DNA of 64,000 nt, taken from the human T2T-CHM13v2.0 reference genome, Homo sapiens. A program made the translations under genes and the position numbers. Positions within the stretch are counted from its first letter, which is position 1. Every line of letters starts with the position of its first letter. Shown one piece after another: positions 18,932 through 32,539 of the stretch. The DNA lies in NCBI RefSeq assembly GCF_009914755.1, contig NC_060934.1; one strand, given 5' to 3'. The notes beneath the pieces are model-generated. The model made no database searches. It was not told where the DNA came from and was given only the letters and a program-made list of their open reading frames with translations.

Positions 18932-21520
18932 TCAAGGCACCTGACAAGGACAGAAAGAAAAAAGAAACTGGAGAGAATTTGACTCTTGAAATACTAGAAA
19001 CCGTAGTGGTTGAGAGTTACATTTATATGGCATTTCCTGTAAGTACACTCTCCACTGGGACAGCATAGGGCAGTTAGAACTCAAGTAGAAAGCTACCATC
19101 TTACTGATTTAAGATGTCACAGGACAGAGTCTGGGAAAGGACAGAATGAGCAAAAACTGAAGGTAAAAAAATCTCATAAAAGAGAAAACTACAGACTGGG
19201 GAGCCCTAAAGGTACACATGAATTTTTCTAAAATTGGGGAGATGCTGAAGAACCCAATAGAAACCAATACTCATAAGGAAAAAAAATAAAAATAAAAATC
19301 TGTGCTGTGATTTCAATTGCTGCCCATTTCATTTCAGGAACAACAGAGTTTAAAGTTTGAATCCTGCAAGTTAGATGGGTTTTGTAAACACATCAAACTG
19401 TCCACTGAAACTCCACCAAGGCCACACTATAGAATAAAAGACTATGTCCCAGGACTAAGAATTCTCTGTAAGAATAAAAACCGAATCAACCTGTTAAAAA
19501 GGCTACACAAACTCCTGGTTATTCATCAGTAATTTAACCACCTGCTGAAGTAAAACTCAACACTCTTCCAAGGAAAATAAAAGAATCCGAAACATCTCTT
19601 TCTTTTTCCATCTCTACCATTTCACCCAAACAAGAATCCAAAATACTTATAGTCTATTTTCTATGCTGTCAAGTATATAACCAAAACTTACTATCATATG
19701 AAGAAACAGGAAAATGTCACCCATAGTAAAAGAAAAATCAGTCAACAGAAACAAAACCCAGTTGTAGTCAGCAAATAAAGGGTGTAATGCAACTATCATA
19801 AATAGATTTTAAAAGAGGCTAGTCCTAATGGATGAATAGATAGGACATTTCAGGAATGGAAACTATTTTCAAAAAACAAATGAAAATTCAGGAACTAAAG
19901 TAAAAAAAAAGTTCACTGGATGGATTTTAAAATAGACTGGAGAGGGCAGAAAGAATTATTGTGATATATTTAAATTAAATGTTATAAAGTACCATTTAAA
20001 ATATCAGAAGATATGAAATACTTGGGGACAAATTTAATAAAATATGTGCAAGATTTGTATCCACAATAAATGTAGAGATATATACCATGTTTTTAATCAG
20101 AAGACTCATCACTGTTAAAATGTCAGTTCAGCACAAATTGATCCATAGATCTAATCTAGTCCTAACCAAAATCTCAGTGGACTTTTTTGTAAAAATTAAC
20201 AAGCTAATTCTAAAATTTCTATGAGGTTCAAGGCACCTAGAATAACCTAATAAAAATAATTTGTATTTCAATTACTATGAGGTACAGTAATTAGGACTAT
20301 TGTGGCATTGGTGTAAGAATAGATATATAAATCAAAGATTCATATTCATGTAAGAGCACCTAAGTAGACCCATACATATATGGTCAACTGGTTTTCAACA
20401 AAGGTGAAAGAGTAATTCAAAAGAAAAAAACAGTTTATTCAATAAGTGGTACTGGAAAAACTAAACATCTAAATGCTTATAAATGGTACTGGAGCAATTA
20501 AATTTCTGTATTTCAAAAAAAATATGACCTCTAATTCACACAATTCATAAAAATTTATTCCCAGGTAGATTATAAAACAATAAAGCTTCCAGATAGTAAC
20601 GTAAGAAAATATCTTCTTGACTTTGAAGTAGTTATGTTAACAAAGTTTTTTTTTAACAGAACATAAAAGTCTCTACCCATAAAGGAACAAAATAATAATT
20701 TGGAATTTATTTAAATTAAGAACTTCTGAATATTAAAAAATGGTTAATATTATGAAAGGGAGAAGATATTTGTAATACCTACAACTAACAAAAGGACTCA
20801 TATCTAGAACATATAAAAAGTTATCACAGAAATACAAATTAAAACTACAATATAATACCACTACATACATTTGAATTAAAAACACTGACACTTGCCAACA
20901 CCAAGTTCACCAAGTTCACAAGAATGTGGAGCAGTTGGAGCTCGTATTAGAAAATTCACTTTGGAAAGCTGTTTGGTAATATCTACTAAAGCTGGGCATA
21001 TGTATACCTTATGACCCAGAAATTTCATTCCTAGGTATTAGTCCAAAAGAAAGTCTACATTAATGCACTGAAAGTAATACACAAATGTGTATATAATAGC
21101 AATGCTCATTAAAGAAAAAACCAGAAATAATTCAAATGTTCATCAGCAATAGAACAGATAGATAAATTATGGTTTATTATCAATGAATGAATGAACTACT
21201 ACATGGTGAGCTCTCACAGACATACAACATTAAGCAAAAGAAATCAGACACAAAATACAACATACTGTATAGTCTCAGTATTTGAAGTTCAAAAAGAGGC
21301 AAAACTCACCTATGGTGTTAGAAGTCAGGATAGTGACAGAGTAGTAGCTGGTAGCGGGGACAAGGGGCCCTCTTAGGGTTCTAATAATATTCTATTTCTT
21401 GACGTGGGTGGAGGTTACATGAGTGTGTTCACTATGTGGATATGTATTGTTGTTAGAGATAATGTGTGCACTTTTCTGTATATATGTTATTCTTCAATAA
21501 ACCATTTAAAACATTAAAAA
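18932..21520 (+). mobile_element. Ancient L1ME3-like element (its 5' part begins at about 13045, before the L1PA insertion)
   Basis: ORF2-like sequence 20000-21200; L1ME3-type 3' end ggcaaaactcacctatggtgttagaagtcaggatagtg...caataaa. Confidence 0.75.
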
Positions 21521-21542
21521 TAACCACTTGTGTGGCTTAGAA

Positions 21543-21886
21543 CAGTTGTCCCCAACCATTTTGGCACCAGAAACCGGTTTCATGGAATATAATTTTTCCA
21601 CAGATGGTGGATGGGGGGAATGGGGATGGTTTCAGGATGAAACCATTCCACTTCAAATCATCAGGCGTTAGAGTCTCATAAAGAGCACACAAACTAGGTC
21701 CTTCACATGCGCTGTTCACAATAGGGCTCACACTCCTATGAGAATCTAATGCCGCAGCTGATCTGTCAGGAGGTGGAGCTTAGGCAGTAATGCTCACTTG
21801 CCTGCCACTCACCTCCTGCTGTACGGCCTGGTTCCCAATAGGCCATGGACCAGTACCGGTCCACGACCCAGGGTTGGGGACCCCTG
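21543..21886 (+). mobile_element. MER1B (hAT-Charlie)
   Basis: TIRs cagttgtccccaacc / ggttggggacccctg; perfect 8-bp TSD gcttagaa. Confidence 0.92.
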
Positions 21887-23592
21887 GCTTAGAAGCAATG
21901 TCTAGAGATTTTAGGGTAATAGAAACTATATAAAGGTAGTATATATGCTACAGGCAAAACATGTAATCTAGACATTATAAACAACTCTTACCTAATTCCT
22001 GGGTAACTGCTATACGAATATTCTAAAACTATTTAAAGAAAATGTCAAATTTAATACTTTGCCATTGTATTGGTAGTGTAGGAGTAAGCCATAAGATCAT
22101 GAGTAACTATAAGTATTACTTACAATGTGAACCACCTCTGCTGAATCTCTACACTTCTACCCACATACTACACATACTACCTTTCCTTTCACCGTCTCTC
22201 CTTTATACTACCCCTGTTTCACCTTTCATGGGCAGGTTCTTTAGGTAACCAAAATACCCACATTATTTATCACTTCAAGTCTGTAAATAAAGCCACGGAT
22301 AGCAATAAAACAGAATCTTGTAGTAAGGCTACATAAATTATAGTATGTCTTTATTGGAAGGAAAAGTTTTCTAAATTGGTCTCAAAATTCTTAAAAATAA
22401 GTCAATAAATATATAATAAAGCTATCTGTACTCTCAATATATTTTCACTTTTCCAAATACTTTAACCTTATTAGTTGTTCTTCATTAGTCCTTCACCTTA
22501 TGCCACTGGACAAATACCTTTAAAAAAAAAAAAAACTCAAAGCAGGAAACTACTTAAAATATGTTTCAAGTATTTTGTAGAGTTTATTGGATCAGAATCC
22601 ATTCTTCTTATACTTCAACCCCACCACTGAGCTTAAAATTCCTTCCAAGCTTTTGGGAACAGTGCTTTCACTGTCACTATCCCTACTATCCATAGGATAA
22701 TCATTGGCTGTTCCCCAAATTCCAGAACGATGTGCCATTGCATTGCTTTCCTCCCACACTGAAGTTGCTGGCGGTAGCTCATTTTGGCAGTTTGTCAAAT
22801 AAATCACACAGTAAAGCATTTGGTGATCTTTAACCAAATGAATCTGTTGTGTATACAGCATATGACATGTAGAGGTATTTCACACATTATAATAGAACAC
22901 AGTGAAGGATATACCCTGTACAGCATAATCCTAGAATCAAGACTTCTCTTTGAGAACTTCTCTTTAAAATAACATCTTTTTTTTGAACTAAAAAGATTAA
23001 CTTACTTAAAAACAAAGGGAAATACCATCTCATGGCAATTATTGTTCCCTTCTGAGAATGACTGATGACGTACATACTTATTACCAGACAGTTTATGGAA
23101 ACTATGTTGTCAAATAGATCACATTTTCCTACAGAAACAATGTCAGGATAGGGCTCATATCCCTTACCAAAGAATCAACAGAGAAACTATAATTATGAGA
23201 GTTAATTTTCCGTAAAAGCAAAGATAAGACTATTACAAAATTTTATAATATAAAGTGACAAAAGGATGCTTCAACTTTTTAATTTATTTAACAAACGTTT
23301 AACAGGTGTCTGTGATGTGTCAGGCATTGGTAATCAAATAACACTTGGTACCTGCCACGCTCAATAAATTAACTAACAGTCATGATTTACTAAACAAGTA
23401 CATCAATGTTTACTGTATGGGGTGGTTAGTGTCATGAACGAGAGGTGCTCAGTCTGTAAGGACACAGAAGACAGTCATCTAAATCAGCATACGGGGTCAG
23501 TAAACACTTCCTGGAAAAGATGACCTGGGCTCAGCTTTGCTACATGAGCAAAAACTGGCTGAATTAGAAAAGCAATCCAAGTGACGGGAATA

Positions 23593-24560
23593 AGGTCATG
23601 TTTTGCATAACAACATTTTGGTCAACAACAGATGCGTACATGACGGTGGTCCCATAGGAATATAGTAGAGTCGAAAAACTCCTATTGCCTAGTGACCTCA
23701 TAGCCATAGTAACATTGTAGTGCAACGCCTGTGGGTTTTGGTAACACTTCCAGAAGAAGGCATTGTTATCACAGGAGATGAAAATTCCCATGCGTGTTAT
23801 TGCCCCTGAAGACCTTTCAGTGGGACAAGATATGAAAGTGGAAGGCAGTGATATTGATAGCCCTGATTCTGTGTAGGCCTAGGCTAATGTGTGTATTTGT
23901 GTCTTAGATTTTAGTAAAAAAAACTTTAAACCGTAAAAAAAAAAATAATTAAAAATGTAAAAAAGAAAAAAACTTATAGAATAAGGACATAAAAAAGAAA
24001 ATATTGTGCAGCTGTACAATGTGTTTTAATCTAAGTATTACTACAAAAGAGTCAAAAAGTTAAAAATTTTTTAAGTTTATAAAGTTAAAAAGTTGCAGTA
24101 AGCTACGGTTAACTTATTATTGAAGAAGGAAAAATATTTTTAAATAAATTTAGGGTAGCCTAAGTGTACAGTATTTATAAAGTCTACAGTGATATACAGT
24201 AATGTCCTAGGCATTCATGATTCCCTGACTCACTGAGAGCAACTTCCAGTCCTGCAAGTTCCATTCATGGTATGTGCCCTACATAGGTGTACCATTTTTT
24301 AATTTTTTATACCATATTTTTACTGTGTCTTTTCTATGTTTAGATATACAAATACTTACCGCTATGTTATATTAATAATTGCTGGCAGCATTCAGTATAG
24401 TAACATGCTGTACGAGTTTGTAGCCTAGGATGCCTAGGTGTGTTGTAGACTATGCCATCTAAGTTTGTGTAAGTACACTCTATGATGTTCACACAATGAC
24501 AAAATGGCATATGGATGCACTTCTCAGAACATGTCCCCATTGTTAAGTAAGGTATGACTG
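23593..24560 (-). mobile_element. Tigger3/Tigger3b (TcMar)
   Basis: TA-flanked; termini (c)agtcatg...ataacaac and gttaagtaaggtatgactg; gacggtggtcccata motif. Confidence 0.85.
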
Positions 24561-24949
24561 TAGCTGATAACACATGCACAGAGGCATAAAGCAACACGGA
24601 ACATTCAAGAAACTGCGAGTTCCTGTTTGGAGGAACATATGAGGGAGGTGCATCACAGGAAAGAGGTGCAAGATAATGGTAGAAGCCAAATCATGAAATG
24701 CTTTGGGAGGTAGGTTTAAAAGTTTGAACTTTATTGAAAAAGATAGTCCCCCTGATCCTCCAACAGCTACTAAAAATGATTTTAAGCAGAGAAGTAAAAT
24801 GAGCATATTTTCATTTTTAAAAGATCTATTTGATTTTACTATGGAGGAAGGCTAATGCAATAATCCTGAATTCATGAAGCAATGTTAGGAATAGAGTAGA
24901 AGGAACAGATCTGAGAGACAACAAGGAGAAAAAATTCATTGAACCTGAC

Positions 24950-25045
24950 TGATAAAAGAATCTGTACACCAAACCCCCATGACGCCAATATGACAAACCT
25001 GCATATGTACCCTGAACCTAAAATAAAAGTTTTAGAAAAGTTTTT
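24950..25045 (+). mobile_element. Severely 5'-truncated old L1PA 3' end (about 90 bp)
   Basis: aatctgtacaccaaacccccatgac...tgaacctaaaataaaagt; TSD aaa(a/g)ttcattgaac on both sides. Confidence 0.75.
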
Positions 25046-25280
25046 AAAAGTTCATTGAACTTAGACATTAATTGGAAGAGAGGGTGGAATGAAAGGAAGA
25101 GTCTAAACTGGCTTGGTGACTAAGATGATGATCAAGAACAAGGACAAAGAGAGGGTCTCAGTTGGTAGGGAGCAGGGAAAAACAACAAATATATTTCAAA
25201 TTATTTTGCACATTATGTTTTCTATTTATTGTCTGAAGAATACCTATAAAATATAAATTGTATATAACATACATAACAAA

Positions 25281-25998
25281 GTGTAGCCATTTTGGAAAAC
25301 AGTATGGAGGTTCCTAAAGAAATTAGAAATAGAACTACCATTAAGAGCCAGCAATCCCTCTTCTGGGTATAACACTGAAGTAAAGGAAATCACCACTTCA
25401 TAAAGATGCCTGCACTCCCATATTCACTGTATCATTATTCACAATAGTCAAGATATGAAAACAACCTAAGCATCCATCAACAGATGAATCGATAAAGAAA
25501 TTGGTCTATATATACAAAGGAAAAAAGGAGAACCTGTCATTTGCCACAACATGGATGAAAGTGAAGAACATCATGCTAAGTGGAATAAGCTAGACATAGA
25601 AAGAAAACTATTGCAGGATCTCACTTATATGTAGAATCTTTGTTTAAGAAAGTCATACAGAGACAGAGAATAAAACAGTATCTACCAGGGGCTGGGGGCA
25701 GGAGTGAGGAAATGGGTCAGTGCAAATCAAAGGATACAAAGTTGCAGTTATGAAGAATGAGCTCTAGAAATCTAGTACACAACATGAAGACTATAGTTAA
25801 TAATGCTGTATTCAGGATTTTTACTAAAGGAGTAGATTTAGATGCTCTTGCTACACACACAAAAAAATGGGTAACTGTGAGATTATGAATATGTCAATTT
25901 ACTTTATTACAGCAACCATTTTACTATTTATATGTATTTCATAACATCATGTTGTATACCTTAAATATACACAGTAAAATTTATTTTAAAAATAAATT
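25281..25998 (+). mobile_element. L1MA-type 3' fragment
   Basis: ggaaaacagtatggaggttcct...gactatagttaataat...aaaataaa. Confidence 0.8.
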
Positions 25999-26013
25999 CA
26001 CATAAATACAAAA

Positions 26014-26334
<321 letters not shown>

Positions 26335-27186
26335 TGACATAAAGCTTATTGTTACTAGTATATTCATTTTAATTATTTAATTAGCAAAGGCTTCCTGATT
26401 TTCTTAAAGTTACGTTGGGGGATTGAGGGAGAAAAATATTTAAAAATCCCAAGTCTCTTTTACAAAGCTGAACAAGAAAATTTAACTTTCCTTTTCCTCC
26501 CAAAATAGATACTTGCAGAAAGCTGATATATACGAAATCATTCCACTAACCAAAGAATATTCAGCAATTATTTTAAACTGTCCTACAGTTGAGACCTATA
26601 TTCATTAGAAAATTGCTGTATTATCATAAGTAAAGATCTCAAAAAGATGAAATATATGCTTTTATTATGTAATATTAACAAAGCAGCAACTTGGCTCATT
26701 CACAGTTTATGCAAAGCATTTTTTGAAAAGTTTAGGAAGTCTAAACCTCCAGAAATTTGCAAGGTTAAAAATGTACTTCTGAGATGGTCAGGTCTGAAAC
26801 TTCTATTTCCCAGCTGTTTTCAAGGAACTTCATAATTTATTTATGTATAGACAAATAAATCTTCAGCTTCATTAGTCATTTCTCACTATATTCTAAGACC
26901 AAAAAAGGGTACTCTTCTCTTTGTTTATTATGGAAAAGCTATGGCAAGGCAGGGGAGGAAGAGGAATTGCCTGGGGGGACCGAGCAACTAAAAAGAAGAG
27001 CCTGGAGTGGGACTGAGCCTTGGAGCTGTCTAATGAGCCACTCTGCCTCCCACAGCTAGCTCCTCACAGCTCTGCAAAAGACTAAAAAACTGGAGCCAAC
27101 AAAAACAAAACACTCACAAATCTAATTTGGGTGACTAACACCCTAAAGATATGCAGTTTGCTCCTGACCAGGATTGGAGTACTCAC

Positions 27187-27379
27187 TTTCTTTGCGAACT
27201 TCCTCAAGTGAAGCCGTAAGCTCATCCTTTAAAACTGTAGCTTCCTGGGCAATCTTCTCTCCCTTGTCTAATAAATTCCAAGTTGCTTCCTCCACAGAAG
27301 CTAGAAGGACACTGGCTCTTTTCGAACGTCCTTTTTTCCTGCTGGAAGGGTTCTGGGGACAGTTTACAAGTGTGGTAAC
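27187..27379 (-). CDS. CTNNA3: Alpha-T-catenin internal coding exon, 193 nt, phase 0 to 1 (exon 3, c.100-292, by recall)
   Basis: Acceptor ttttccaattttag|GTT, donor GAAA|gtgagt. Translates VTTLVNCPQNPSSRKKGRSKRASVLLASVEEATWNLLDKGEKIAQEATVLKDELTASLEEVRKE, which I recognise as the alpha-T-catenin N-terminal domain (paralogous to alpha-E-catenin VTTLVN...KKRGRSKKAHVLAASVEQAT). Confidence 0.97.
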
Positions 27380-27468
27380 CTAAAATTGGAAAAATACAAA
27401 GTACTAAATTGACAAATTGTAAGGAGAACACAGTCCTGGGATATTACAGACCAGAACAAAAGACAGTA

Positions 27469-27977
27469 CAGTTGACACTTGAGCAACTCAAGGGCTAGGG
27501 GCGCCAACCCACCGTGCAGTTGAAAATCTGAGTATAACTTTCAACTCCTCAAAAACATAACTACGAATAGCCTACTGTTGACCAGAAGCCTGATAACATA
27601 AATAGTCAATTAACACAGATTTTGTATCTGTATGTACTATATAACTATATTCCTACAATAAGATGAGCTAGAGAGACGATAGTGTTATTTGTTATTAAGA
27701 AAATCATAAGGCAGAGAAAACATAATTAAATAAATCAACAAGTAGAAATGGATCATCATAAAGGTCTTCATCCTCATCATATTCATATTCCTGAGGAAGA
27801 TGAAGAAGAAGAGGAGGGTTGGTCTTGCTGCCTTGGGGGTGTAAGAGGCAGAAGAGATGGAGGAGGTGGAAGGGAAGGCAGGAGAGGCAGGCACACTTGA
27901 TGTAACTTTTATTGAAAAAAAATCTGATTAAAAGTGAACCTGCATAGTTCAAACCAGTGTTGTTCAAAGGTCAACTG
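27469..27977. mobile_element. Tigger2a/MER8-type TcMar element
   Basis: TA|cagttgacacttgagcaac ... gttgttcaaaggtcaactg|TA inverted termini. Confidence 0.85.
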
Positions 27978-28159
27978 TATTTCATAGTAACATGACTCAT
28001 TTCCAGTGCTGTTGGTACACCTACAAAAGTCAAGTCATGGCACCAAGAACAGCAACAGCAGCCACCGTGGAGTTCCCAACTAAAAATAGGAAGGAAGTGG
28101 GAGTCTTAGTGATTGAATTTCAAAATATAGACATTAAAATGTCCTCTCTTCAACTACCC

Positions 28160-28550
28160 CAGTCATCAAATCATTTCTATGTTAAATATTTACTGAACAC
28201 CTATTTTTTACATTGTTCTGGATGATGGAAAAGAAATGCATTTCATGCTTTCATGGAGTTTACATTCTTAATATCGGCAGCATACAATAAACATATAAAC
28301 AAATTTAAAAATGTAAGGTTCAGTAAATGTTTTGAGGAAAAATAAAGTTGGCGGAGGGAATACAGTGAGAGAGAGTGGGGATCGGGGTGGTCAGGAAAGG
28401 CCTCTTGACAGGGGACTTTGAGTGAGACCTGTTTGAGAGGCCAAATGAGTTAGGGGAAAGGGTAGAAGACAGATCTGAAAGGTTACAAAGGGCAAGAAAG
28501 TAGGTCATAGTAAGGATTTGGACTTTGTCCCCTGAAGCAACCACTGTTCT
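28160..28550 (-). mobile_element. L2 relic
   Basis: aaatatttactgaacacctat...catggagtttacattct...ggtcaggaaaggcctc. Confidence 0.65.
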
Positions 28551-28854
28551 ATATGATTCAGAATGTTTCTCCCTCTCCTAATATTAGTTATCTCTATTCT
28601 CAGCCTAAATAGACTAATACTGACTTAATTATAATTATTTTTGGCTCCCTCTTAATGTAGATTGCTGGCTTAAAAGTGGTATAAATTTTATTTTATAATT
28701 ATTTGATATTTTGGAGATACATAATTTTCTACTCTCATTTTTGACTGTTTTATCAAAGTTCTGTATTTTTTATATGAAGTTTCTGTAATTAAAACAATAC
28801 ACACATACACAGCCTTCTAGAGCATTCTTCGAGTAGCAAAACTTGAACAAACTC

Positions 28855-29005
28855 CTCACCACAAGTATATGAAGTGAGAAATGTGTTAATTAGCTTGATT
28901 TAATCATTTTACAATGTATACATATATCAAAACATCACAGGGTACACCATAAATATATATAAATTTTATTCGCCAATTTTAATTTAATAAAGCTTGGGGA
29001 AAAAA
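28855..29005 (+). mobile_element. L1MA/MB 3' terminal fragment
   Basis: tgttaattagcttgattttaatcattttacaatgtatacatatatcaaaacatcac...aataaagct. Confidence 0.75.
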
Positions 29006-29122
29006 AGAAAGAAATGAATCTTAACAAATACAAGAACAAACTCATAATAAGAACATTATTTGAAGATAAAAATTAAGCTTCTGTATTTGGAAACAAAAAC
29101 ATCATACTGAATTACATTATTA

Positions 29123-29440
<318 letters not shown>

Positions 29441-30914
29441 CAACCCATTTCTTAATTAAATCTTGGATCACAATTACAAGTTTTGGATTAAATTTTTATA
29501 AACAAAGCTTTAAAATCACCATCGTAGAGGAATGAGAGAAAGGAAAAAAACAACTTGTATCTAATATTTAAAATAGAAGACCTGAAACTCCTCTTGAAAG
29601 CTAATCTGCTGCATGTCATGAAACAGTGGAGGCTCATGATAATCATGCATCACATCTTTGACAGCAAACTACATAATGCTTCCTGCTCAGTAGTCCCTAG
29701 AGATTTTCGTTGTTGTTTGTTTATGGAGCATTCGATGTTTGTTTACTTGGATATCTGGACCCAGTTTTTATCCATGAACTAAAAAAAAAACTTAAGAAGT
29801 TATGGGGGAAATATGCGGATGAAAATCATTTTCATCTGCCCTCCTACCCTCCTCCCCTTACCCAATAGATCCTCTGTTTCATTCTAATTTGCTTTATTTC
29901 CATGTTCATCACCCAGAGTGGAATGTCTTGTGGCAGGCCTTTGTTTCCTCTCTTAGAAAATAAAAACAATCATTGTTATCCTACAAGACTGGGGAAGGTC
30001 AAATAAGGTAAAGTATTTTGGAAAATGCATAATATGACACAAATATTTGTTGGCATTTCATGTATATTTTCTAGTTTGTTCCCCATGTAGGTGCAGAAAA
30101 TTGGTTATAGGAATCTTTAACAAAGGTATTCTCTCTGGATCTAAGTTTATCTTGCTCTTGGGGCCCCCCATGCTAAATGTGGCAGTTAGCAAAGCTCATT
30201 CTATATGCTTTACAAGCAGCTAAATAAGATCATGTGTCTTCATCATGGATTATATAAGAATAATAATAAGCCTGATTTATTACATGGGTTTTCACAAATT
30301 CCAAAAGGCAAATATCTCACTCTTGTCAGTCTAATTTATATATTGAGAGTTGAAAGGTATTTGTCCAGATTAAGACAAATTATAACTACCAGTTTAAAAT
30401 CTTTGTTTAAAACAAAGAATAAGTATCATTGTCTGAAGTGTTCCCTCGGAATGTATTTTAAGTGCTGCAATTCATGATGCTTCCCACTGCACATTCCTCC
30501 TCTATTGTTCAGATCCTCCATGCGCCAAATGTTTTCCATAGAATAGCCTGGGCTTTGAAATTAAAATGAGCGTTCCAGAAATGCTTTGTTCCTTATAATA
30601 AATGCCAGAGAAGTAAGAAATGTGAAAAGAACTTTGTATAAGAACATCATGCTTCCATCAAAAAAGGCAATTGCAACTTGCAAGTTATTCACTTTTATAA
30701 GTTGTTTGTACCTACGTCTTCTTTTAAAATACTCCAATACAGTTATTTGATATTGATTAAACTAAAGTCAAGTGAGGTTTTCAATGATTCCTTTTATTTC
30801 AGAAAGTAAATATGGCTTGGCAATCCTGTGGAAAAAAAGAAAGCTGAAACTATTTTTTTTAACCCTAACTCACCTAAGAGATTTAACTTACTCCTATCAG
30901 TGACTGTGACTCAC

Positions 30915-31023
30915 CATAGCAGATGATTCTCACCAAGGCGGAGGATAGGAGGGCGCTATTTGAAAAGGTCTCCCACCTCTTGAAGGAATACCAGCAACCA
31001 GTAAAATTAGCTTTCAAGTTATC
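30915..31023 (-). other. Candidate cryptic/alternative CTNNA3 exon (109 nt, or 90 nt using the donor at 30934)
   Basis: Acceptor atttattttacag|GAT; donors TTG|gtgaga and ATG|gtgagt; no transcript evidence available. Confidence 0.25.
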
Positions 31024-31560
31024 CTGTAAAATAAATCCTGTGTCCTCATTTTCTTTTTCAGTACTAAATCAGTTATATTTCTGTAAGGAAGTTTAGTTGG
31101 AACAACTTGCAACAAAGATGATTCTAATGTAGGGTTTAAGCCCATGTCTTGCTAACTTTACCTTTTGCCATAGATACAAAACCCTCCCATTCCCCTCTTT
31201 CTCAGACTTCAGGGGTCCCTCTCATATAGAAAATCTCCAAGCTTGCAGCATTAGAGAGCTTGGGTTTGCTTACTTTCTTTAGTCTGTAAATCTGTGCTAG
31301 GCTATAAAGACACACCTTCATCGTAGATACAGGAAGGAACTTCCATGGGAATGGTGCTAAATTAAAAGTTTCAAGTAATTTATAAAGAAGAAATTCCCAC
31401 TCTATTAATTCTGCAAGTTTAACATTCCACAAAACCGGACATATTTTCAATGGTGTGTAAAAATATTTATATATTAAAATTAAGAGTATAAAAAAGGTTT
31501 TTATAGATTTTCCAAATTTAGGTGTGCTTCTCTAAATGCTCTAAAGATGCTGAAAATTAA

Positions 31561-31945
<385 letters not shown>

Positions 31946-32539
31946 GTGAAATGTCTTTTTTAATGCCAACTTGGGTAACACAATTATATTCTATAACCTT
32001 GTTCCTTCCCAATATAGTTCTGATTTTTTTTAATTCTACCCTCATTGTAGTATAAAAAGGCCCTGTTAACAGCCATCTCTTTTCTTGTTTATTAGCTAAA
32101 ACACTTTGAATTTCAACCTTCCTCCAATAGCTCACAGGAGCCTTCAGGGCTACTTTTGCTCCCTTGAGTTAATTTTAATGTATGAAATAAAATATAAGAC
32201 ATTTAAGCTATGTTAATTAGCTAAAACTTCAACAGGGTTCTGAAAGAAATTAGAAGGGTAGAAAAATAAAACTGCCTATAGATAAGTAAAAACTGTGATC
32301 TTTCAAAGTAAAAGGTACAAACCAGTCTCGGGGAGGAGAGGGGGTGTCCCTTCTTCAAGTCATTGATAATTTCAACTATTCTTTTACTTCTACCAAAACA
32401 ACCCTTACTGGATTAACAAAAGTACAGAGGAAGATTAAAGGGTTGAGAACCCAAAAAATGCCTCTAGATAACATTCAACACCCCCCCAAACCAACTTCAA
32501 TCTTCTTTTAGTTCCTTTCAAGCCAATAAACACTTATAT

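Larger units (their letters stand above)
23280..25200 (-). mobile_element. L2 relic interrupted by Tigger3 and a tiny L1 3' end
   Basis: ttatttaacaaacgtttaacagg... L2 antisense tail; purine-rich body continues after 24562. Confidence 0.6.

Noticed and set aside
22592-22861. 89-aa minus-strand ORF in non-repeat sequence (NELPPATSVWEESNAMAHRSGIWG...)
   Set aside because: No resemblance to alpha-catenin or any protein I recognise, no convincing splice acceptor, and its length is compatible with chance.
27222-27431. ORF-track entries overlapping the CTNNA3 exon (also 27174-27383 on the plus strand)
   Set aside because: Wrong frame or strand; the true frame is set by the splice sites.
30943-30958. 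CTCF-like ggataggagggcgcta
   Set aside because: The 3' half matches but the CCAS 5' half is missing; too weak to call.
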